Translations under genes and position numbers: made by a program
Shown here: positions 47,176-56,415 of the stretch, piece by piece
How the letters are laid out: the number at the start of each line of letters is the position of its first letter
Position numbering within the stretch: position 1 is the stretch's first letter
The notes under the pieces: generated by a model
Told to the model about the DNA's origin: nothing
Seen by the model: the letters and a program-made list of their open reading frames with translations, nothing else
Databases searched by the model: none
IMG/VR virus record: IMGVR_UViG_3300017963_000266
Location: 5,993 to 69,992 of that record
Source: a virus
DNA length: 64,000 bases
Direction: 5' to 3' (one strand)

Positions 47176-47426
47176 TTGTACCATTGCCGGTCAACTGTCA
47201 AGCCCCGCGAAACCCGCGGGGCTGCTGCACTACGTTTCGCCCCCTGCGGGGTGACAGTTTCCCTTTGCAATGGTGGGGGCTGCTAACAGCCAGGGGTTGC
47301 TTCCCAAAAGGTTGCCCCTGGAACGCCATAGAATCGCCTCTAAGCCCTTTTCCTAATTTTGGTACTTAGCATACCTTTTTTGCCTATAATCCTTGTCCTG
47401 CCCATCCTGGTAAGTCTCAGGGCCAT

Positions 47427-47609
47427 TCAGGACAGTAGCCAGAAAGTCATAGCAGCAGTAATTGCCCCTGTCAGCCAGCCCACCACAAAGACTTCTGCTT
47501 TTTCCGCTACTTTGGCCAGCCAGCTTTTGGGTGGTACCACTTCCTGGGTCAGCCGGTTCTGATCATCAATGGACCCAATTACTTTGTACTTTTGGATAGT
47601 TTCAGCCAT
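47427..47609 (-). CDS. Small protein with C-terminal TM helix
   Basis: 60 aa. Confidence 0.55.
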   Translation of the reverse strand: MAETIQKYKVIGSIDDQNRLTQEVVPPKSWLAKVAEKAEVFVVGWLTGAITAAMTFWLLS

Positions 47610-47867
47610 TTATTTTGCCTCTTGTTCTATTGCCGTATTAAACCAGTTGCTGTCCTCATGAGCCCTGGCAATCTGCGCCCCCTGAGGATGAGGAATAATC
47701 TCAAAAGCCAGACCAGAATAAGGCACCAGCTTGAACAATTCCCCGGGCTGAATAACAAATCCATCCTTAGAGCAAGTCACCGCAATCTGTAGGCCTGATC
47801 TTGACTGTTCCAGACTGACTCTGGTCACCCCATCCTGGGCAGTTTCTGTGGTCACATTAACTTTCAT
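47610..47867 (-). CDS. Hypothetical protein
   Basis: 85-aa ORF in operon. Confidence 0.55.
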   Translation of the reverse strand: MKVNVTTETAQDGVTRVSLEQSRSGLQIAVTCSKDGFVIQPGELFKLVPYSGLAFEIIPHPQGAQIARAHEDSNWFNTAIEQEAK

Positions 47868-48354
47868 CCTCTAACCCCTGAAATAACTCTTGTTGGACTT
47901 CTTCAGTCAAAAGAGGCAAGATTTCACCAGCAATATCTTGTAGCTGGTCCTGTTCCAGCTTGCCCCAGGCCTTGGTTCTGATGGGCGGGTTCATCTGTTC
48001 AAGGACCTGTACCAGCATCTTATAATCTGAGCGAAAAAATATTTCAATAAGGTTCTGGATCAGGACAGCCCTTGTTCCACTGGCGTCAATAATTGCAGCT
48101 AAAATATCCTTATCTTCAAGACTTGCAGCAGCAATTACCCCTAACCTTTCGCGGCTGCTTTGGTATTGCTGTTGCAGGGACATTGCCGTTTTAATCAGGT
48201 CAGCAAACTTTTCTTCTATCTTTTCCCCAGCCTGGTATTCTGATTGCAGGTCGCGGACTCGATGCCAGAAAGACTTTTCAAAGTCCAGTAGGGCAATATG
48301 GTCCCCCTTAACCTTTTTCTTCAGTTCATCAATAACTGTCCTTGTCTTGGTCAT
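47857..48354 (-). CDS. Hypothetical helical protein
   Basis: 165 aa with AAGGA SD. Confidence 0.65.
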   Translation of the reverse strand: MTKTRTVIDELKKKVKGDHIALLDFEKSFWHRVRDLQSEYQAGEKIEEKFADLIKTAMSLQQQYQSSRERLGVIAAASLEDKDILAAIIDASGTRAVLIQNLIEIFFRSDYKMLVQVLEQMNPPIRTKAWGKLEQDQLQDIAGEILPLLTEEVQQELFQGLEDES

Positions 48355-48356
48355 TT

Positions 48357-48692
48357 TTATTCCTTAGTAAACTTCCATTGCAATAGAACCAGGGCTGCAA
48401 TAACAGCTAGCCCTGAGATTTCAGCAATCGATAAAAAAATGCTGTTAAAAAAAGGCATATGCCAGCTGTCAAAAGAAAGATAAATAAAACCAAAAGCATC
48501 GTTAAGGTACATTATTGCCAAGGCAGTAAAAAAGACAATCAGTCCCAAAGTTGCCCCATTGCCCCCTTTGCGATAATCATTAATGAATCGGTAGGCCCAG
48601 ACCGCAAACCAGACAAAGATAACAAGGTCCTGGGCTGCTATTCTTAACCGAATAGTATCATTCAGTAGATGCAACAATCCTTCTGAAAGCAT
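48357..48692 (-). CDS. Multi-TM membrane protein
   Basis: Three hydrophobic helices. Confidence 0.65.
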   Translation of the reverse strand: MLSEGLLHLLNDTIRLRIAAQDLVIFVWFAVWAYRFINDYRKGGNGATLGLIVFFTALAIMYLNDAFGFIYLSFDSWHMPFFNSIFLSIAEISGLAVIAALVLLQWKFTKE

Positions 48693-48745
48693 GTGTTATC
48701 TCAGCTGATTCCCTTTTTTGCCACTTAAAGATTTTTTTTAGCTGT

Positions 48746-49192
48746 TCAATCAATGTCCCCATCCCTATCCTTTCCCAGGTCACCTTGTATCAGGTCAAGA
48801 ATTCGATTCTGCTTTTGAATAACCTGAACCAGATGTTGATTCAATAAAGTTATTAAGTCATTATTTCTCTGGATTGCCATATGAATTCCCCGAACCTGCT
48901 GTTCAACGTCATTGAATTCAACCCTTGACCAGTCAATGGTTTCTTTTAGGATATTCAAAGCCTGGTTGTCAATCTGAATCTGCCTGAGTCGCATGGCAGC
49001 CTGGTCCTGCAAGCTTGCTTCCAGCTTAACTGTGTCCAGTTCCTGTCTGTGTTCCCTGGTATCATCTGTCACCTTAAATAACTGTATATACCAGGCCCTG
49101 ATATGATTCCTCAGGATGTATAGAACAATCAGAATGGGACTCAGCCAAGTTGGTAGCTGATCCCAGGACCAGGCTGATCTTGGGTCATCCAT
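48746..49192 (-). CDS. TM + coiled-coil protein (lysis-associated, putative)
   Basis: N-terminal TM followed by heptad region. Confidence 0.55.
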   Translation of the reverse strand: MDDPRSAWSWDQLPTWLSPILIVLYILRNHIRAWYIQLFKVTDDTREHRQELDTVKLEASLQDQAAMRLRQIQIDNQALNILKETIDWSRVEFNDVEQQVRGIHMAIQRNNDLITLLNQHLVQVIQKQNRILDLIQGDLGKDRDGDID

Positions 49193-49201
49193 CCTAAAGA
49201 G

Positions 49202-49480
49202 TTACTTGCTGGTCTTACTTAGCTGGTAGACGCCGGATACAACCAGAAAGATGTATACCGAATAGGCAATCGGTTCTGCAATAACCACCCACTGAGGAAA
49301 TTGTTGCAACAGCAGGGCTGCAACATAACCTATTACTGACAACCCACCAGCCAGATATGGGGCATTCTGATCCTGTATAAGACCAGTTCGCTTGGCCAGG
49401 GTAACCAGTCCAATGATTATGGGCACCAGGGCAGTTGTCCCAATGGCCAGGTCTTGAATAACACTAAAATCGAATTCCAT
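49202..49480 (-). CDS. Holin-like protein
   Basis: 92 aa, three TMs, VPIIIGLVTLAK..SGVYQLSK. Confidence 0.65.
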   Translation of the reverse strand: MEFDFSVIQDLAIGTTALVPIIIGLVTLAKRTGLIQDQNAPYLAGGLSVIGYVAALLLQQFPQWVVIAEPIAYSVYIFLVVSGVYQLSKTSK

Positions 49481-49517
49481 TTTCTTTCCCTTTCTACTTT
49501 CTATTGGTTAGATAATT

Positions 49518-49544
49518 AAAAAAAGGCACCTATTTAGGTGCCTT
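49518..49544 (-). terminator. Palindrome/terminator AAGGCACCTA-T-TTAGGTGCCTT
   Basis: Stem followed by a T-run on the minus strand. Confidence 0.7.
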
Positions 49545-49545
49545 A

Positions 49546-49575
49546 ATTGTATCATACCTGGGTTGCAGTTGTCTA
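49546..49575 (-). promoter_or_regulatory. sigma70-like promoter
   Basis: TAGACA-N18-TACAAT with extended TG. Confidence 0.55.
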
Positions 49576-49595
49576 ACACAACCCAGATTGTTTAC

Positions 49596-49952
49596 TTACC
49601 AGCATTGGTACCCTGGGGACTGGACCCCAGCAAAGGTCTGGTGCCCACGCGCCCCGTGGTACCAGATTATGGCTGCTGTTGCCCATTCACTTCCACAATC
49701 AGGATGTATGGCATAAAACGGGTTGCGCCAATCGCTTGGGTCAAACAGGGCCTGGTACACAGCCATCATATAAGCTGTGGTCTTGTTAAGGGGGGTTTGA
49801 CCCACCAGCCTGCCCTGGTCATCTAGTTCCATTTCAGTCTTGAAATGACCTTGCAGATAGATGACAATTTCATCAGCAGTCTTGCCATTCAGCTGCTGGG
49901 GTTTCTGGGCCTCGATCTTTGCCCCTTCTGTGGTGTATCCTTTGAAACTCAT
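49596..49952 (-). CDS. Hypothetical protein
   Basis: GAAAGGACC SD and own promoter. Confidence 0.7.
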   Translation of the reverse strand: MSFKGYTTEGAKIEAQKPQQLNGKTADEIVIYLQGHFKTEMELDDQGRLVGQTPLNKTTAYMMAVYQALFDPSDWRNPFYAIHPDCGSEWATAAIIWYHGARGHQTFAGVQSPGYQCW

Positions 49953-50015
49953 TTTTGGGTCCTTTCTTTCTTGCCCTGGTGGGCAACTAGGTCAGCAGAA
50001 CAAACAACTAAGCCC

Positions 50016-50068
50016 AGTATACTCTATCCTGTTGCAGTTGTCAACCCAATTTTAGAAATTTTAAGGTT
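50016..50068 (-). promoter_or_regulatory. sigma70 promoter + AACCTTAAAAT box
   Basis: TTGACA-N17-TATACT; box at 50058-50068. Confidence 0.8.
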
Positions 50069-50093
50069 TCACCGCCTATTTTATTAGTCTTAG

Positions 50094-51713
50094 TCATTGT
50101 ATCGCCTTAAGGATTCCTTGGTTGATATACTTTCTGAACCTTGACCAGTGTCCATCAGCAATTGCTACTAAGCCATTATCCTTGCCATAATCCTGAGCCC
50201 TGCCCCTACGCGTCCTGCCCAGGCCTTGGACCATCTTATTGGCTGTCCTTTGATTGCCTGCTGCCCCATCAAATCGAAACCTTGCCTTGTCAAATGGATC
50301 AGCAAAATTTACAAAAGGCACCTTGGCCACAATACAGATGTTGTCTTTGCCTGCGTCAATCCCTTCCCAGAAATTCCATGTCACAGCCAGGGCCCCGTTG
50401 TCGGTTATTTCCAACCATTCTTTCATTGCCCTTTCTGTGCCCCATCCATCCTCAGGATTCCAAATAGGTCTACCAGTCAAATCCAGCAGCCTGTCACTAA
50501 GGTCCCAGGCCAATTTTTTGCTGGGGGTGTGAATGATGCCTGTCCAATGGTCTGGGCACCTATTGATAGCATTGGCAATCAACTTTGCATGGCAATCCCA
50601 ATCTTCAGTTGGTGACCGATAACCCAGCTTGGGGGCTTTCAGATCAAGAATAGGTCTTTCTGAGCCTGGCCAGACATTGGGCACTTCAATAAATTCCCAT
50701 TCCCCGGGCTGTATACCTAATTCTCTCGTAAAATTCACAGGGTTGCCGATAGTTGCCGACATTAGGACCAGCTTAGGTGCCTTGTCAAACAGGGCTTTGA
50801 AATGGAATCTGGCTGTTACTGGCTTGGCCACAAAGTGCCTGTCATCAGCATATACGAACCACTTTTCTGGCTCAATGTCCATTGCAGCCAGGGTAATGTC
50901 AATCTGTTCTAATTTTAATTTATGCCATTTGAATAAGGCAGGGTCCCCACCTAGCATAGGGTGAGGTGGGCTACTGGTTTTCATTTCAAAATATAAGTCC
51001 TGTAAAAATGACTGCCCCCTTTGCCGGTTAATGCCAGCAACAGCCTGGTTGTCTGTAGGACCTAGATCAATCCTGTCCCCCCTAATAGCCCCAGCCCACT
51101 TTAATGATGCCCTGCCTAATAATGGATTAAGGTACCTTTTCAGATATTTATGATTCCATCTAAGCACTAAGCCAGCAAAGTCAACCACTGTGTCTGATAT
51201 TTCGTGCGCTTCGTCAAGAAATAAATAGGCTGGGTGAAATTGCTCAACTAAGGGCCTATCCAACAGAAACTTTTTAGTGTTCAAGGTGCCTGCTATACTA
51301 CTTAAAAATTTCTGTCTTGCCTGGGGATATTCACAATTACCCTGACATAGAATCTTTTTAGCAGGACTGCAACTATGTATCTCGCAAAGGTCAGCAGTCT
51401 TTTCTACTTGTGTCCTGGGTACAAATTCCAGAAAGTCAGCCTGGGCCCCAGAATCGTCTTGATCATAACCCAGACAGGGGTAATTACCCTTACCAAACAA
51501 TTCAGCAAAATTGTAGGTCCTAGCATACTGGGTCTGTAGGCTTTTGGTTCTCACCAGGGCCAAGGTTCTTTTTCCCCAGGCTGCTAATTGGGCAGGATGG
51601 AAACTTTTACCAGACCCTGTAGGGGCTTCGATAATTACAAACTTTTTATCACTTTTCTGTATACGTTCCAGGGTTTCCTGCTGGTGGGGTCTTAACTGGG
51701 AATGGATAAACAT
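50094..51713 (-). CDS. DinG/Rad3-like SF2 helicase
   Basis: Q motif, APTGSGKS, GKGNYPC, DEAH, MSAT, WEGID, QGLGR. Confidence 0.9.
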   Translation of the reverse strand: MFIHSQLRPHQQETLERIQKSDKKFVIIEAPTGSGKSFHPAQLAAWGKRTLALVRTKSLQTQYARTYNFAELFGKGNYPCLGYDQDDSGAQADFLEFVPRTQVEKTADLCEIHSCSPAKKILCQGNCEYPQARQKFLSSIAGTLNTKKFLLDRPLVEQFHPAYLFLDEAHEISDTVVDFAGLVLRWNHKYLKRYLNPLLGRASLKWAGAIRGDRIDLGPTDNQAVAGINRQRGQSFLQDLYFEMKTSSPPHPMLGGDPALFKWHKLKLEQIDITLAAMDIEPEKWFVYADDRHFVAKPVTARFHFKALFDKAPKLVLMSATIGNPVNFTRELGIQPGEWEFIEVPNVWPGSERPILDLKAPKLGYRSPTEDWDCHAKLIANAINRCPDHWTGIIHTPSKKLAWDLSDRLLDLTGRPIWNPEDGWGTERAMKEWLEITDNGALAVTWNFWEGIDAGKDNICIVAKVPFVNFADPFDKARFRFDGAAGNQRTANKMVQGLGRTRRGRAQDYGKDNGLVAIADGHWSRFRKYINQGILKAIQ

Positions 51714-51715
51714 TC

Positions 51716-52210
51716 TTAAACAGCCTTTTCTTTAGTAGGCCAGATATAGGGCCACTTGCCCAACTCATTTCTGGTTGCTGGCTCTTCTGTCCATCCCCAC
51801 TGCTGATACCATTGCCAGATTTTATCTTTGCCCTTATCTTTGCTTTCCTGGGCTTTGCCTAGCATTATTGCCCGATGGACAGAACAGAATTCATCAGTTA
51901 TCCAGTCTGGATAATTTGGTATATACAAGTCAAAACCCCATTCATATGCAATCGAAACAATTTGATTGTACACAGTATCGCGCTTGCCCCTGGTGACTGT
52001 CCATTCTTTGCAGATTGTCAAAGAGTAGTCAACTAAACTTGTTTCCCATCCTCGCCACATCTTAACAGCAGGATGATTCTGCCAGCCATAATCTGGGTCA
52101 GTCAGGGCTTTTAGAATCTGTAGACATTCAACTCTTTGTTTGCCTAACCGTTGATTGTCCAGCCAGGCTGCTGTCTGCGCATAATCAGTTGATAACATAA
52201 AGGTTTGCAT
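51716..52210 (-). CDS. Pyrimidine-dimer DNA glycosylase (MSMEG_6728/endonuclease V-like)
   Basis: MQTF..LDNQRLGKQRVE..GWQNHPAVKMWRG..PYIWP. Confidence 0.85.
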   Translation of the reverse strand: MQTFMLSTDYAQTAAWLDNQRLGKQRVECLQILKALTDPDYGWQNHPAVKMWRGWETSLVDYSLTICKEWTVTRGKRDTVYNQIVSIAYEWGFDLYIPNYPDWITDEFCSVHRAIMLGKAQESKDKGKDKIWQWYQQWGWTEEPATRNELGKWPYIWPTKEKAV

Positions 52211-52285
52211 CACTAAGAATCCTTTCACTCGCTTTATTAATTTACTTGCCTTTTTTGTTGTCCCCCTACGCTACTTAGGGGTTGT

Positions 52286-53251
52286 TTAAGGTTGTTTAGG
52301 CACCCATTTCCAGTCAATGTCACTTAATTCCACTGTTACTTGTTTTCTTTCTAAGAAATTAAATGACATCCCATACTTTTCACAGATTGCCTTTGTCAGT
52401 TCTTCAAGCTGGTAAATCGCCCACTGCAATTCATCTTCAGTCCTGGGACTGAAATCAAGATCAATCCTTGCCTGAACCATTTCTTCTAATTGCAGTTGGG
52501 TCTTTGGTGCCCCAGGCTGTTTGCTATCATACCTAATAATCATGCCTCTTTGGTTAATGGTTGCCTTTTCTAATTCCTCAAAAGCTTGCTCAAACAACTT
52601 GACCATTTCATCGACATCTAATTCTTCACCCTGGTCCTGATCCTGATCCTGGTCCTGATCCTGGTCCTTGAGCCCACCAGACCCACCAGACCCACCAGAC
52701 CCTAGCTTTCCTGATAATCGCCTGCCTGCCTCAGGAATGGCATGTTGGGATAGGATTCTGCATTTCTGTTCATCTAACTTTTCAAATCCATCTTCAGGGT
52801 CAATATCCAGATTTGTGGGGTCAATTACAAAGGCAGTCTGGTCACCACCAATTGGAATCCGGCGAATATTTTCTGAACCATATTTTCTGGTCAGTTTCTT
52901 TTCTTGGTCCCTATCTACAATTTGAACCAGGGGCTGTTCTACTCTGTGCAAAATCTTGGTTAAGGTATCAAATTCTTGCTGCTGTTTCCATGCCGCGCAC
53001 CGTGGACAAATGTCAAAATTCTTACATCGCCTGCCAGGATAAGTCACCATGGTTCCAGTCTTGACGTTCCAGACCGTGATAGGTTTGCCACAATCAGCAG
53101 TTTCCTTGATCTTGTTTTCTTGCCTGATTACCTTTTCTTCCTCAGGGTCAATTTCCAGCTGGATTATACTTTCATCTGTCCAGTCAAAATCTGTTAGAAT
53201 GAATCCTTCGGCCAGAATACTTTCACCATCATTGTCAATTATATCAGTCAT
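52286..53251 (-). CDS. Hypothetical Zn-binding protein, possible replication initiator
   Basis: CG..RCKNFDICPRCA; GGS and (DQ)n linkers at ~52630-52700. Confidence 0.5.
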   Translation of the reverse strand: MTDIIDNDGESILAEGFILTDFDWTDESIIQLEIDPEEEKVIRQENKIKETADCGKPITVWNVKTGTMVTYPGRRCKNFDICPRCAAWKQQQEFDTLTKILHRVEQPLVQIVDRDQEKKLTRKYGSENIRRIPIGGDQTAFVIDPTNLDIDPEDGFEKLDEQKCRILSQHAIPEAGRRLSGKLGSGGSGGSGGLKDQDQDQDQDQDQGEELDVDEMVKLFEQAFEELEKATINQRGMIIRYDSKQPGAPKTQLQLEEMVQARIDLDFSPRTEDELQWAIYQLEELTKAICEKYGMSFNFLERKQVTVELSDIDWKWVPKQP

Positions 53252-53280
53252 TGTTAGTCCCTTTCTAAACTAAACAATCT

Positions 53281-53868
53281 TTATTTTTCTAAGCAATCAA
53301 ACATTCTTAATTGTTCTATTGGAGTCTTATCTACGGTTTCAAAGACCATACTGTCTGGCAACCCCAGCTGCCAGGTCACCCAGACTGAGGCAAAGTGTGA
53401 CCCAGCCCCATTCCAACCTTTGTTAGGCATCTTGTAGTCAATCCGCTTGTCCATAAAAATGACTTGTAGTCCAAAATTCTTGGCTGGAATCTGAAAGCCC
53501 TTCGCCCCCAGGGTGTCAACGGGCACCAGCAGGGCGAAGGGCTTTTGGTAAGAAATGCTTTTTTCTAACCAGGCATATTTATGGGACCAGGGTGGGTTTG
53601 TTACTTGAACGTCATATTCCTGGGGCTGCCACTCATAAAAATCACGTCTGGGCCAACCGCCAGCTGCCAGGTCTGACCCAAAGACATCAAATCCAAAATA
53701 TCTCAAAGTGTAGACAATATACCCTTCTCCGCAAGCTGACTCCCAGATAATTGCATCCTGGGGCAAATACTTAACTAAGGGGGGCAAGGCATAAAAAGGG
53801 GTCATACACTGATCATACTTATTGACTTGCTTTTGGTTGCCTGAGCGATTCACCTTTGACTTTTTCAA
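53281..53868 (-). CDS. DNA N6-adenine methyltransferase (phage type)
   Basis: TP..IWESACGEG, TNPPW, RIDY. Confidence 0.85.
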   Translation of the reverse strand: MKKSKVNRSGNQKQVNKYDQCMTPFYALPPLVKYLPQDAIIWESACGEGYIVYTLRYFGFDVFGSDLAAGGWPRRDFYEWQPQEYDVQVTNPPWSHKYAWLEKSISYQKPFALLVPVDTLGAKGFQIPAKNFGLQVIFMDKRIDYKMPNKGWNGAGSHFASVWVTWQLGLPDSMVFETVDKTPIEQLRMFDCLEK

Positions 53869-53966
53869 CTTTTCCCAACTTTCCTAGTTAAGGTCCTTTC
53901 AAACTCTTTTTCTAACTTTTCTTATACCAGTCTGTACCAGTCTATACCACTTTACCTAAGACTCAA

Positions 53967-54095
53967 GAAACCGCCCTGTGGTCTGCCCTTATCCCTTTTC
54001 GGCATCCCAACCGAAACAAAGCAGTAAAGATGGGAAAAGGGCAGGCCGCAAAACGGTTTCTGCCTTACTACTTTGTTTGGATAGTGGGGATGCCG
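53967..54095 (-). ncRNA. Structured leader/antisense-type RNA with alternative pairings
   Basis: Arms 53967-53995 / 54032-54060; loop 54000-54027 complementary to 54065-54095. Confidence 0.6.
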
Positions 54096-54110
54096 TTAAA
54101 TTGTATAGGC

Positions 54111-54157
54111 ATCATACAGCATTATTAAGAAAAAGACAAGGGGAGCAACCTTAAAAT
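54111..54157 (-). promoter_or_regulatory. sigma70-like promoter + AACCTTAAAAT box
   Basis: TTGTCT-N17-TATGAT; box at 54147-54157. Confidence 0.65.
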
Positions 54158-54180
54158 TTCCAAATTGCCCCCCTACAGAA

Positions 54181-54510
54181 TCAAATTACTAAATGGTCAA
54201 GGCTTCCTGGCTTGCCCCCTTTTGGTGGGGGCACATCAAAGGGCCCTGTATCCCTGCCCCTGGGCCCTGGGTCTGGGGGACTGCCCATGTCAACTATTCT
54301 AATGGCATTGGCAGCCTGGGGCATTATTGCCATTGCCCCTAAAGGATTCTTGCTGCCAGTTTTCACCATCAAAACATCCCAACCGCCTCTGTCAAAGGTA
54401 ATCAGAATCTGGGACCCATCAGGACCCTGCAAGTTGATGTACTCGGATTGACCCATCCATTCTTGTGTCCCATCCTCGCCCAACTCTGTCACTTTAATTT
54501 GTTGTGCCAT
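54181..54510 (-). CDS. Hypothetical protein
   Basis: 109 aa with GAAAGGGA SD. Confidence 0.65.
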   Translation of the reverse strand: MAQQIKVTELGEDGTQEWMGQSEYINLQGPDGSQILITFDRGGWDVLMVKTGSKNPLGAMAIMPQAANAIRIVDMGSPPDPGPRGRDTGPFDVPPPKGGKPGSLDHLVI

Positions 54511-54538
54511 TTTTCTTGTCCCTTTCTTTCTTTTCTTT

Positions 54539-55501
54539 TTAAGTTAGTTCTTGCCAGTTGTCCTTGACATAAGCTAATACATCAAGGTATTCATTTTCCT
54601 GGGCCTTGGCATCATCCCATAGGCCTGAGTCAACCAGACCCCAGATAGTGTCCTGAATTAGGTCAACCAGAATGTCAGGGTCCAACGCGTCCAATTCCCA
54701 ACTGCTTCGGGTATCATAGGTAGTTACATAGTCAGCCCATCTGGAATCGGTTATCTTAGCTGGGTTTGGTGGGGGGTCATACTGTTCAACCTGATCCATA
54801 TTCAAGGCAAGCCGTAACAGGGAAAAGTCACTTTCAGCATTTTCTTCAATCTGACCAACCACTGATTCCCCACTGCCAACAAACTGGCTGCCCCGTAATC
54901 CACTATACTTTTCCAGTCTTTCAAGATTGTCCCTGGTCATGTCGATTCCGCTGGGGTCATGGTCCCCCAGATGAATGATAACAGGGTGTTGCCCAAGATT
55001 AGACAGCCGCAACAGTTGATTTGCTTCACGCCAGATTGTACTGGCTGACATATATCCTCTGCAACTGACATAATTAACCTGTACGTTAGCAGCAAGGCAG
55101 GCCCTGCTGACAACCCCAGCCAAGGCTTCTTTTTCAACCCAAACCATTGGGCGAAAAGGCTGATTGACCCATTTATCAATTCTAAACGAGTCATAGGCTG
55201 CCTTAATAATCTGACCTGGGTCTTCCCACAGAGTCAGTCCTTTTCTGTTTCTGGTCCTGTCTACAATGGCCAGCCAATCAATAAGTCCAGCTTCCCTGGC
55301 ATCAGCAATCAGCCTGCCCAGCCGATTGTATGATCTTTCTGTATTAGGTATGATGTCCTTGGCAACCAACTGATAATACAATTGCCTTAGAGTCAATTCA
55401 TATCCCCTGCCCATATAGCTGGTGATAATGTTTTCTGCCTGTTCAATCAAGACCAGGCTGCTACTTTGGAAATTTTTCTCGATATATTTTATCTTTGGCA
55501 T
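54539..55501 (-). CDS. TOPRIM protein of the Topo VIA/Spo11/JetD-like group
   Basis: LTLRQLYYQL, VWVEKEAL, GDHDPSGIDM, WELDAL. Confidence 0.8.
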   Translation of the reverse strand: MPKIKYIEKNFQSSSLVLIEQAENIITSYMGRGYELTLRQLYYQLVAKDIIPNTERSYNRLGRLIADAREAGLIDWLAIVDRTRNRKGLTLWEDPGQIIKAAYDSFRIDKWVNQPFRPMVWVEKEALAGVVSRACLAANVQVNYVSCRGYMSASTIWREANQLLRLSNLGQHPVIIHLGDHDPSGIDMTRDNLERLEKYSGLRGSQFVGSGESVVGQIEENAESDFSLLRLALNMDQVEQYDPPPNPAKITDSRWADYVTTYDTRSSWELDALDPDILVDLIQDTIWGLVDSGLWDDAKAQENEYLDVLAYVKDNWQELT

Positions 55502-55518
55502 CTTTTTTTTTATCCTTT

Positions 55519-56028
55519 CTAAGCCTCTTTCAGGGCCCTGCTGACAGTTGACTTATGCAAACCTACTTCCCTTGCAACTTCATCCATAGTGTAACCTTGG
55601 TCATACAACCTAAAGATTTCTTGGTTCCTGGCAGCCTTTTCTGCCTGTAATCTTTCCTGTCTTTTGGGAACAGGATTATAGCTGCCCAACCGTTGCAGTT
55701 TCTTTGACACTGCCTGTTTACTGATCCCTAGCTGGTTGCCAATTTCAGCCAAAGACAACCCATCAAGGTAAAGATGATATTCCTCAGGAAATGAGTCCCA
55801 CCCTTCAACAAACAGGTCTTTCTGGGTAGGCCTGGCATTGGATGCTGGCTTAATTTCATAACTGGTCTTGTCCTCAAAGTAAATGGTCAAGGTGCCCCGA
55901 TAGAAAGACTTAGGCCCATCCAGATCAATCTTGACCACTTTCTTAAAAGGTCCTGCTGGCCAGGGTGACGCTTTCTTCCCTAACCACCAGGACTCGTAAG
56001 TCTTTTGCAAGGTCTGTTTGTTAGTCAT
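55519..56028 (-). CDS. Double HTH DNA-binding protein
   Basis: SLAEIGNQLGISKQAVS and TMDEVAREVGLHKSTVS. Confidence 0.8.
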   Translation of the reverse strand: MTNKQTLQKTYESWWLGKKASPWPAGPFKKVVKIDLDGPKSFYRGTLTIYFEDKTSYEIKPASNARPTQKDLFVEGWDSFPEEYHLYLDGLSLAEIGNQLGISKQAVSKKLQRLGSYNPVPKRQERLQAEKAARNQEIFRLYDQGYTMDEVAREVGLHKSTVSRALKEA

Positions 56029-56074
56029 TTTTTAGGTCCTTTCGGGTTGCTAAAAGTTTACCTTGATGAGTCTT

Positions 56075-56127
56075 ATTGTATCATTCCCTGTTGCAAGTGT
56101 TAACCACTTTCTAGAAATTTTAAGGTT
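56075..56127 (-). promoter_or_regulatory. sigma70 promoter + AACCTTAAAAT box
   Basis: TTAACA-N17-TACAAT with extended TG; box at 56117-56127. Confidence 0.75.
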
Positions 56128-56129
56128 CC

Positions 56130-56393
56130 TTAGGGCTTTTTTCGGTATTTTGCTAGCAGTCCTTTCCAGTTAATAACTTGGCCTCTTAACTTTTCAATAC
56201 CAGGAACTATTTCAGCTGTGGCAAAAAGGTGCCCATTCTGGCACAGTCTTTTTCTGTGGACAATCCCAGTATCAGCTGTTTTTAGGGCCCTGGTAATTGT
56301 GGTTGCCGAACATTCTGGACACAGGATAACTCCCCATTTTCTTTCAAGATGCCTGCTGCCATTTCTGCTATGTACTATATCCCAGCTGTGCAT
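56130..56393 (-). CDS. NrdR-N-like Zn-ribbon protein
   Basis: CPEC..RKRLCQNGHLFATAE. Confidence 0.65.
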   Translation of the reverse strand: MHSWDIVHSRNGSRHLERKWGVILCPECSATTITRALKTADTGIVHRKRLCQNGHLFATAEIVPGIEKLRGQVINWKGLLAKYRKKP

Positions 56394-56415
56394 TTTCTAA
56401 GGTCCTTTCTTTCAA

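Noticed and set aside
47193-47260. tRNA or hammerhead ribozyme
   Set aside because: No TTC T-loop/cloverleaf and no CUGAnGA core; kept only as an unexplained structure
52630-52700. Hexamer/nonamer repeats as replication iterons
   Set aside because: In-frame (DQ)n and GGS linker coding repeats with no adjacent AT-rich unwinding region
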